From: Octopus vulgaris | Lineage: Eukaryota | Assembly: GCA_951406725.2 (NCBI GenBank) | Contig: OX597816.1 | Span: 182,356,137-182,420,136 of the forward strand | Direction: 5' to 3' | DNA: 64,000 nucleotides | Shown: positions 47,172-61,462 of the stretch, piece by piece | Layout of the letters: each line of letters begins with the position of its first letter | Position numbering within the stretch: position 1 is the first letter of the stretch | Program-made: the position numbers and the translations under genes | Notes under the pieces: model-generated | Databases searched by the model: none | Told to the model about the DNA's origin: nothing | The model's input: the letters and a program-made list of their open reading frames with translations, nothing else

Positions 47172-47335
<164 letters not shown>

Positions 47336-47630
47336 GTATATATGTATATGTATATATGTATATGTATATATATATATGTATATATAGATATATGTATATA
47401 TATATGTATATATATATGTATATATATATGTATATATATATGATTGATTGAATCAATCAATCAATCAATCATATATATATACATATATATATACATATAT
47501 ATATACATATATATATATACATATATCTATATATACATATATATATATACATATACATATATACATATACATATACATATATATATATACATATATATAT
47601 ACACATATATATATACATATATATATATAC

Positions 47631-47764
<134 letters not shown>

Positions 47765-47884
47765 CAATCAAGGAACGGCCATAATAGGCCATTCACCCAC
47801 TAGAAATAACAGCCAAAAGCTTCAACCGCAAAATAACATCAATTCCGTGAACCAGGAGAAAATTAAAAAACATTTACCCTGTAA

Positions 47885-47989
47885 TTTCTTATACGATGCA
47901 CCGTGTCATCTACTGTTTAATGGTAAACTAACCTGATTAAATTAAATCAAGCCAATCTACCATAGGCCCTTAGAATCATCAGTAAGAAA
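47885..47989 (-). ncRNA. R1 hammerhead, mutated copy (GAAA to GACA)
   Basis: Same fold as 49942-50046, but G at plus position 47905 changes the core. Confidence 0.8.
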
Positions 47990-48386
47990 TAGCCAAGTCG
48001 GAACAGATATTTTTCACGAGGCATTTCCGTCCCTGCCTCGGCAATATCTGACCTAAAATTTTCAAATCATCGCACTCGCGCCAAATTTATCGGCAGCAAA
48101 TAAATATAAGCCGCCGATTCCAATTACGGAATTAACCAGAAAATTCATAATTAATCAATATAGGGTGGCAAAAAATTTTGTAGAATTTTTTTTTTTTTTT
48201 TTGCCACCAGCGGCCTAGTGGGAAAAAAATTTAAATAGTCATAGACCATTTTTAAGTTCAACATCACAATCAAGGAACGGCCATAATAGGCCATTCACCC
48301 ACTAGAAATAACAGCCAAAAGCTTCAACCGCAAAATAACATCAATTCCGTAAACCAGGAGAAAATTAAAAAACATTTACCCTGTAA

Positions 48387-48491
48387 TTTCTTATACGATG
48401 CACCGTTTCATCTACTGTTTAATGGTAAACTAACCTGATTAAATTAAATCAAGCCAATCTACCATAGGCCCTTAGAATCATCAGTAAGAAA
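48387..48491 (-). ncRNA. R1 type I hammerhead ribozyme
   Basis: Reverse complement of 49942-50046. Confidence 0.88.
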
Positions 48492-48881
48492 TAGCCAAGT
48501 CGGAACAGATATTTTTCACGAGGCATTTCCGTCCCTGCCTCGGCAATATCTGACCTAAAATTTTCAAATCATCGCACTCGCGCCAAATTTATCGGCAGCA
48601 AATAAATATAAGCCGCCGATTCCAATTACGGAATTAACCAGAAAATTCATAATTAATCAATATAGGGTGGCAAAAAAAAATTTTGTAGAATTTTTTTGCC
48701 ACCAGCGGCCTAGTGGGAAAAAAATTAAATAGTCATAGACCATTTTTAAGTTCAACATCAACAATCAAGGAACGGCCATAATAGGCCATTCACCCACTAG
48801 AAATAACAGCCAAAAGCTTCAACCGCAAAATAACATCAATTCCGTAAACCAGGAGAAAATTAAAAAACATTTACCCTGTAA

Positions 48882-48986
48882 TTTCTTATACGATGCACCG
48901 TTTCATCTACTGTTTAATGGTAAACTAACCTGATTAAATTAAATCAAGCCAATCTACCATAGGCCCTTAGAATCATCAGTAAGAAA
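48882..48986 (-). ncRNA. R1 type I hammerhead ribozyme
   Basis: Reverse complement of 49942-50046. Confidence 0.88.
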
Positions 48987-49372
48987 TAGCCAAGTCGGAA
49001 CAGATATTTTTCACGAGGCATTTCCGTCCCTGCCTCGGCAATATCTGACCTAAAATTTTCAAATCATCGCACTCGCGCCAAATTTATCGGCAGCAAATAA
49101 ATATAAGCCGCCGATTCCAATTACGGAATTAACCAGAAAATTCATAATTAATCAATATAGGGTGGCAAAAAATTTTGTAGAATTTTTTTGCCACCAGCGG
49201 CCTAGTGGGAAAAAAATTAAATAGTCATAGACCATTTTTAAGTTCAACATCACAATCAAGGAACGGCCATAATAGGCCATTCACCCACTAGAAATAACAG
49301 CCAAAAGCTTCAACCGCAAAATAACATCAATTCCGTAAACCAGGAGAAAATTAAAAAACATTTACCCTGTAA

Positions 49373-49477
49373 TTTCTTATACGATGCACCGTTTCATCTA
49401 CTGTTTAATGGTAAACTAACCTGATTAAATTAAATCAAGCCAATCTACCATAGGCCCTTAGAATCATCAGTAAGAAA
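49373..49477 (-). ncRNA. R1 type I hammerhead ribozyme
   Basis: Reverse complement of 49942-50046. Its 5' edge coincides with the inversion breakpoint. Confidence 0.88.
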
Positions 49478-49941
49478 TGGTAGATTGGCTTGATTTAATT
49501 TAATCAGGTTAGTTTACCATTAAACAGTAGATGAAACGGTGCATCGTATAAGAAATTACAGGGTAAATGTTTTTTAATTTTCTCCTGGTTTACGGAATTG
49601 ATGTTATTTTGCGGTTGAAGCTTTTGGCTGTTATTTCTAGTGGGTGAATGGCCTATTATGGCCGTTCCTTGATTGTGATGTTGAACTTAAAAATGGTCTA
49701 TGACTATTTAATTTTTTTCCCACTAGGCCGCTGGTGGCAAAAAAATTCTACAAAATTTTTTGCCACCCTATATTGATTAATTATGAATTTTCTGGTTAAT
49801 TCCGTAATTGGAATCGGCGGCTTATATTTATTTGCTGCCGATAAATTTGGCGCGAGTGCGATGATTTGAAAATTTTAGGTCAGATATTGCCGAGGCAGGG
49901 ACGGAAATGCCTCGTGAAAAATATCTGTTCCGACTTGGCTA

Positions 49942-50046
49942 TTTCTTACTGATGATTCTAAGGGCCTATGGTAGATTGGCTTGATTTAATTTAATCAGGT
50001 TAGTTTACCATTAAACAGTAGATGAAACGGTGCATCGTATAAGAAA
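49942..50046 (+). ncRNA. R1 type I hammerhead ribozyme with long stem II
   Basis: tttctta-CTGATGA-t.tcta...atggtagattggcttgatt/aatcaggttagtttaccat...taga.t-GAAA-cggtgcatcg-TA-taagaaa. Stem I is 7 bp, the core is canonical, stem III is self-complementary and cleavage is predicted after 50039 (GUA). Confidence 0.9.
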
Positions 50047-50165
50047 TTACAGGGTAAATGTTTTTTAATTTTCTCCTGGTTTACGGAATTGATGTTATTT
50101 TGCGGTTGAAGCTTTTGGCTGTTATTTCTAGTGGGTGAATGGCCTATTATGGCCGTTCCTTGATT

Positions 50166-50300
<135 letters not shown>

Positions 50301-50926
50301 GTGTATATATATATGTGTATATATATATGTATATATATATATATATGTATATGTATATGTATATATGTATATGTATATATATATGTATATATAGATATAT
50401 GTATATATAGATATATGTATATATATATGTATATATATATATGTATATATATATGATTGATTGATTGATTGATTCAATCAATCATATATATATAGATATA
50501 TATATACATATATATATACATATATATATACATATATCTATATATACATATATATATACATATACATATATACATATACATATATACATATACATATATA
50601 TATATATATGTATATATGTATATATATATATATGTATATGTATATGTATATATATATATATATAGCAATTAAGGACAACTACTTAATAAGGAAAACTTAA
50701 CAAGAAATTGTCAGGTAGATAGCGTAGGAACCTCATAAGAGAAAAAATTTCGAAAATAATTATTTCTTATTGAACATATTAATTTATATATAGAGGGCAT
50801 TATATACATGCCAGAAGGCATTATACATACATGCCAAACGCTAAGAGGGACAATTAGTCATTTCTACCAAAAATATTACTAATCCCACCGAATGCAATTT
50901 TTCAAAGTAAGACATTTAAAAAATAT

Positions 50927-50974
50927 AGACCTGTATCACAGTGATTTCATACTTACGTACTCATCAGCAGGCCT
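50927..50974 (-). ncRNA. R2 minimal type I hammerhead ribozyme
   Basis: Exact reverse complement of 51352-51399. Confidence 0.92.
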
Positions 50975-51351
50975 GAATGCATTATAAATAAACAACGACC
51001 CTGCCCCGCTTAAGTCGATCAGCTAACTGTTCAACATTCAACGAAGCACATGGGTGAGTTTACATATATTACATCCTGTCAAATGGCAAACTTTTACGAA
51101 TTGCATTTCGGGAGAGGAAAAGTTTTTTCGGAATAAAAATTTAGCAATTAAGGACAACTACTTAATAAGGAAAACTTAACAAGAAATTGTCAGGTAGATA
51201 GCGTAGGAACCTCATAAGAGAAAAAATTTCGAAAATAATTATTTCTTATTGAACATATTAATTTATATATAGAGGGCATTATATACATGCCAGAAGGCAT
51301 TATACATACATGCCAAACGCTAAGAGGGACAATTAGTCATTTCTACCATTC

Positions 51352-51399
51352 AGGCCTGCTGATGAGTACGTAAGTATGAAATCACTGTGATACAGGTCT
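51352..51399 (+). ncRNA. R2 minimal type I hammerhead ribozyme
   Basis: aggcctg-CTGATGA-gtac.GTAA.gtat-GAAA-tcac.t.gtga-TA-caggtct. Stem I is 7 bp with one G.U, stem II is GNRA-capped, stem III is palindromic with a 1-nt loop and cleavage is predicted after 51392 (AUA). Confidence 0.93.
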
Positions 51400-51598
51400 A
51401 TATTTTTTAAATGTCTTACTTTGAAAAATTGCATTCGGTGGGATTAGTAATATTTTTGGTAGAAATGACTAATTGTCCCTCTTAGCGTTTGGCATGTATG
51501 TATAATGCCTTCTGGCATGTATATAATGCCCTCTATATATAAAATATATATATATATATATATATGTATGTATATATATATATATGTATATATATATG

Positions 51599-51649
<51 letters not shown>

Positions 51650-51678
51650 GTGTATATATATGTGTATATATATATATG

Positions 51679-51723
<45 letters not shown>

Positions 51724-51884
51724 GTGTATATATATGTGTATATATATGTGTATATATATATATGTGTATATATATATATATGTATATATATATATGTATA
51801 TATATATATGTATATATATATATATGTATATATATATGTGTATATATATGTGTATATATATATGTATATATATATATGTATATA

Positions 51885-51947
<63 letters not shown>

Positions 51948-52176
51948 ATATATATATATATGTATATATGTATATATATATATATGTATATATATATGTA
52001 TATATATGTATATATATATATGTATATATATATATGTATATATATATGTATATATGTATATATATATATATGTATATGTATATATATATATGTATATATG
52101 TATATGTATTTATGTATATGTATATATGTATATGTATATATGTATATGTATATATGTATATGTATATATGTATATG

Positions 52177-52255
<79 letters not shown>

Positions 52256-52326
52256 GTGTATATATATATGTGTATATATATGTGTATATATATGTGTGTA
52301 TATATATATATGTATATATATATATG

Positions 52327-52463
<137 letters not shown>

Positions 52464-52498
52464 GTATATATGTATATATATATATATATGTATATATG

Positions 52499-52597
<99 letters not shown>

Positions 52598-52848
52598 ATA
52601 TATATATATGTATATGTATATATATATATGTATATATGTATATGTATTTATGTATATGTATATATGTATATGTATATATGTATATGTATATATGTATATG
52701 TATATATGTATATGTATATATGTATATGTATATATGTATATGTATATATATATATATGTATATATATATATGTATATATATATGTATATATATATATGTA
52801 TATATATATGTATATATATATGTATATATATATGTGTATATATATATG

Positions 52849-52879
<31 letters not shown>

Positions 52880-52900
52880 GTATATATATATGTATGTATA

Positions 52901-52948
<48 letters not shown>

Positions 52949-53107
52949 TATATATATATATGTATATATATATATATGTATATATATATGTATATTATAT
53001 ATATATGTATATATATATATATGTATATATATATATGTATATATATATGTATATATATATATATATGTATATATATTTATATGTATATATATATATGTAT
53101 ATATATA

Positions 53108-54817
53108 CACTTGCGTCGGAAATTAATTAGCACTTCTCAAATTTCTACATTTTCTTACATTTTCTTAATTTAATTAACTTATTATCAGAAACGAACTCGT
53201 TTTTAATCAAAAATTTATTAAAACATATCCCAGCACACCACATAATTGTTATTAATCGTGAAATTTAGTCAATATCTTGTTGCTCCTCCTTTGGCAGCAA
53301 TGACAGCTGCTACGCGGGTCAGCATGCTGTCTATGAGTGCCTGCAGGTACTCTGCAGGGATGGCCCCCCATGCAGCAAGAAGTGCCCCAAACAGCTCGTG
53401 TGGGTTCCTGTATTGTTGCACATTCAAATCCCTACCCAATCGACTCCAGAGGTTCTCAATAGGGTTCAGGTCTGGTTACTGGCCAAGCCAGTCCATGACC
53501 GTCACCCCATGGTCCTTGAAGAAACCGGTTGTGAGCTTGTCTGTGTGGGAAGGCGCATTGTCCTGCTGGAGCAGTACTCCTCGCCATCAAAGAGGTATCC
53601 CGTACTATCTCAACGTACTTTGCTGCGTTGATGTTGCCTTCGACGACATAGAGCCGCCCAACACCACTGTAGCTGAACGCCCCTCACACCATCAGACCAC
53701 CCTCACCTTGCTTCATGGTGGGAGCAATGCAGTCTTTGTTGAAGCGCTCACCCCTGCGGCGTCGCACATGGACAGGCTTGTCACTGACGAGACTGAAACG
53801 CGACTCGTCAGTGAACATCACTGTCCGCCACTGCTGCACGGTCCATGTCTTGTGGGGACAGGCCCAGAGCAGCCGCCTCTTCCGGTTTTGGGCTGTAAGG
53901 AGCGGCTTACGGGTGGCCCTACAGGATTTTAGACCAGCTTCCAGTAATCTGGTCTTGACGGTGGTTGTAGACAACTGCTTCCCTGTCATCTTTTGCATCT
54001 CCTCCACCAGTTGCCGGCTCGTTACCCTTCGGTTGTACAGTGACTTTCGGATCAGCATCCGGTCCTCCCGCTGGGTCGTCAGCCTCTTCCTTCCCCTACC
54101 CTTTTTGTCAGCTGCTGATCCGGTTTCGTCGTATTTCTTAAATAAGCACTGAATTGTGCGCCTGGCTACACCAAGTTTTCTGGCTATTGCAACCTCCGAC
54201 AGCTTCCCACGCCACGAGAGAGCCTCGTACCGTCTCTCCAAGGTCATGCGAGGTCTTGGGCCCATCTAGGAATGAACGATAAAAACCAGTTATTTTCATT
54301 AAAACTATTCATTTGAATAATGTTATGCTATAACAAAACTGCTATGAGTTATTATTCATTAAACAAAAAAGAAAGAAGGCAGAATTTCTCACCTTATTTG
54401 ATGTATAAGAGAAAGTTTTGTGAACCGGAAGTAACGTCACCAAGCAGAGTGTAGGAGAATTTGTGAGGAAAAAAAATCTTGCAAATACACAAATCAATTA
54501 ACCTACAAGCTGTTCAAAACGTCTTACGCGATGAGAAAACTTAGTACGGTGTGATTTCGGTCCTTGCGAGGCGCTACCTATATCTATTAAACAAAGGAAG
54601 ATTTGTCTGCATCCGCACTCCAAGTTGTTGTTGCACTGCTATGTCAACATCATTAGGCTGTAGACTCTCAAACCGCTCTGCAAACAAAGTTACGTCATCG
54701 TTCTCCGCAACAGTGAACTCGCAACAAAGCAATAGTTCGAGATATGGCCACTAGGTGACAGCAAATAACTTGAGTGAAGAGCAAATCAAGGGTGCTAATT
54801 AATTTCTGACGGTAGCG
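53108..54817 (-). mobile_element. Full-length defective Tc1 (DD34E) transposon
   Basis: 26-bp TIRs at 53108-53133 and 54792-54817 (4 mismatches), with TA on both sides. The transposase starts at ATG 54265 with HTH, GRGRKRLT and FTDESRF, and has premature stops at LMV*G and Q*PDLNPIE. Confidence 0.95.
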
Positions 54818-54829
54818 TATATATATATG

Positions 54830-54904
<75 letters not shown>

Positions 54905-54997
54905 GTATATATATATGTATATATGTATATATGTATATATGTATATATGTATGTATATATGTATATATATATGTATATATATATATATGTATATATA

Positions 54998-55337
54998 CGT
55001 TTAAATATTTGTTGTGCAAGATTTTTTATGTGAAGTCGTGTGTTGAAATAGATATTGTTATATTTCGGAATGGTCATATTGCCAGTTTAGCCAATAAAAA
55101 CACACGCACTATATATTTGGTGTTATTTTGCTTCAGTGATATTTATTTTTTACATTAATCTTAATCTTATTTCGGCCAAAGTTCTTTCGTCACACTCCTG
55201 TGACCGCATCAGTGGTCCTTTGTTTTCTTCTCACTTATTTGTGTCTCTCCTTACTAACCGTCAGCACATAGAGATATAAGCATGCACAAATGAAGACATG
55301 CAATAGAAATACAAAATGGCTGACGGTTAGTAAGGAG
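54998..55337 (-). mobile_element. Non-coding fragment with a hammerhead-like motif and a terminal 19-bp inversion, probably a PLE/retrozyme tail
   Basis: Minus 55215-55176: cca-CTGATGC-g-gtcaca.ggag.tgtgac-GAAA-gaac-TT-tgg. Inverted repeat at 55247-55265 / 55319-55337. Confidence 0.5.
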
Positions 55338-57320
55338 TATTACCTGCTCCATGTACAGGGTGTTGATGAGGTTCAGAAGGGACCTCGCCTGTCCTCGTTC
55401 ACATCTTGTCATTCCTGGGAGAGAAAGGCCCTCGGGCCATCTGACATTTGGCAGATTGAAGTCTCCCATAAGAAGCACACCTATGTGTTGTTCTAATGTG
55501 GTTAGAACTTTTTCTATTTTTATAAGGCAGTCTTCAAACTTGCCCACATGGCTTGGGGCATCTGGAGGGCGGTATGTAGCACTCACAACTACATCAAGTT
55601 GCCTAATATGTACAATTAGTGTGTCACACACCGAGTTTGAATATGACAAGAGGACCTGGGGTGTGAGGTCCTCACGGATGTACATAGCAACACCTCCATG
55701 ACTCCTTTCTTTCCTGTCGGTCCGTAATACAGCATACTGTGGTATGTGTAACTCCGCATCTGCTATATCCGGTTTCAGGTGCGTTTCATTTAGTGCTATG
55801 CATAAGGCTTGATTGCATGCAACAAAATCTCTCAGGAACGGGATTTTTGTCCTGTTACTGAGTGTTTGCAGTCCTCTGATGTTCAGTAGGAGCATCGAGG
55901 TGAGGTGTACGTTGTTGCCGGTGGTGTCCATCCTGGGTCTGTTTGCTGTGGTGGTGGTCTGGTATATAGTGGGTAGTCCAGCAGCTGCCCTTTCGACAAC
56001 ATCATGTTGGTGGTTTGTGGCACGCACAACATCTGCGTACCTCCGCTTTGGGGCAAGTGGTGCGTGGTCCATCCCTTTTCCTTGTGTTGATGGTTTGTCC
56101 ATCTTCCTCGTGTCTCTGTGGCAGGGTCCCCGATGTGCAAAGCGGCAGCCTGCACCTTCCTTTCCATGCCAGCAGGAACCTCTCAGGTAGAACCTACACA
56201 CCCGTGTGCGCTGTTTGTTTCCATCTTTTGCGGTTCCACTTCTATTCCTGGTTTTTTCACCCTTTGGTCCTGCTTGAGCTTTTCCTTTAGCTCTACCAAC
56301 CCTTCTTTTAGTTCTTCCTCCTCCCTCTACCTCTTCACCGGGTTCTCCGTCTCCATGGCCTTTGCTGCCGGTTGGAGAACTTGCACCTGGGTTCACTTCC
56401 CGGGTAGGTTTCTCATTCAAAACCTCCTCCCGGGCATCCACCAGGTGGGGGTGATTTCTTTCATCGTCTCCATTCTTATCATCTTTGCCCCGCTCGTTCT
56501 CAAAGATGGCATCAAGTGCGCCAATGTGCGACCGTATAAGCGCATATGAGCGCACGAATTCCCGTCTCTTTCGCTCCATCTTAGCCGCTGTCCTCTTGTA
56601 GCCTTTGCTCTTCAGCGCAGCCGCAATCACCTCGCTAGGGCTATCTCCGCCGGCGCACTTCCATGCTCGTACGAATAAATCTATTTCGTCAGGTCTCCAT
56701 GCTCTGGACATGCTGGATGATCTGTCTATTTGTTTATCTATCTAATTATGTTCGAGAGAAGACAAGAAGATATTTAATCTTAAGGCTAATTATGGGATAG
56801 AGTATTATCAATATTAACAATATTAAAGTTTGTGGGTAAAAACGTTATTTAATCTTAGGCTAATTAGGAGATAGAGTATCTGAAAATATGTTAACAATAT
56901 TACAATTATATTAAAGTGTGGGTAATAATCGTTATTTGATCTTGAGGCTAATTAGAAGATAGAGTATTCAAAAATATATTAAAGTGTGGGTGAAAAAGTT
57001 AAAGTGTGGGTAAAAACGTTATTTAATCTTAAGGCTAATTAGAGGATAGAGTATCTGAAAATATATTAACAAATATTTAAAATGTGGGTAAAAAGGCTAA
57101 TTAGAAAGATATTAGAGTGTGGGTAAAAAATTAGATGTTAAAGTGTGGGTAAAAAATTAGATGTTAAAGTGTGGGTAAAAAAACGTTGTTTATTCTTAAG
57201 GCTAATTAGAAGATAGAGTATCTGAAAAATTATTAACAATGTTAAACAATATTAAACAGTATTAAACGTTATTTAATCTTAAGGCTAATTAGAAGATGGA
57301 GTATCTGAAAGAGGTAAGAA
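55334..57320 (-). mobile_element. LINE family A 5' portion (probable 5' UTR repeats, complete ORF1 start, ORF2 start), 3' part lost
   Basis: ORF 56711-55254 has a Myb-like N-terminus, a CCCH finger and APE motifs. Tandem repeats lie upstream at 56770-57310. Confidence 0.88.
56770..57310. repeat. Degenerate tandem array (aaagtgtgggtaaaaacgttatttaatcttaaggctaattagaagatagagtatctgaaaa) upstream of LINE A ORF1
   Basis: The motifs aaagtgtgggt and aggctaatta each recur at least six times. Confidence 0.85.
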
Positions 57321-58038
57321 AGAGGGGAAAGATTAGTTATCTATATAAAGTTCGTGAAAGTTCACGTCCATGCATATATACGCATACATATATACATACA
57401 CGCACACACACATACATACACGTGCACACACATACACATATACACAAACGGGGAGAGAAGGAAGGTGGAAAAAAAGAAAGAAAATGAGTGAAAATATATT
57501 AAAATATATATATATTTTAAAGTGTGAAGAAAGGGTTATTTAATTCTGAGGCCAATTTCTGCCTTCGAGACAGTTATTGAAATGTAAACAAAAAAAATGG
57601 CGATCGTAAACTTTAACGGAGATGTGGGCTTAAGTTAAATGGGATAAAAATAGGATAATAAACAAAATATGAAATAGAAGATGAAAGTGATACTTAATCC
57701 AACGATGTGGTCTGGATTTTATCGTGGTTTACGGGGTTATTTTCCAGGAGATGTTTCTTTTTCCTTCTTCCAGGAGATAAGTTAACTAAGTTAACTTCAG
57801 TGGGATTTTTTTTTCCCACCATGTGCGTTTTCGGTGAAAAGAAAAAATTATTACTGTATTTGGCTTCAGGCAAAATATATTACGTTTTTGATTAATATAT
57901 TTGTAGCCGAAGTGTTGTAGTGGGCTTTATGAGTGGAATTTGTGACTTTCAGTAGATTATTTCACCGATTTATGCAAACTTTCTGCCTTTTTAAACAGAG
58001 CAAAGGCGATACACGACTCTCCCTGTCGGAACCGGAAG

Positions 58039-58290
<252 letters not shown>

Positions 58291-58295
58291 TATAC

Positions 58296-61385
<3,090 letters not shown>

Positions 61386-61392
61386 TATATAC

Positions 61393-61455
<63 letters not shown>

Positions 61456-61462
61456 TATATGT

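Larger units (their letters stand above)
50663..51543. mobile_element. Retrozyme-like array R2: about 479-bp unit, 1.4 units on minus plus an inverted arm of about 195 bp
   Basis: tagcaattaaggacaactac recurs at 50663 and 51142. Inversion at about 51348. HHRs at 50927-50974 (minus) and 51352-51399 (plus). No ORF. Confidence 0.85.

Noticed and set aside
57541-57582. Possible degenerate hammerhead (ctgaggc...gaga...tt)
   Set aside because: Both core boxes are altered and the stems are unconvincing.
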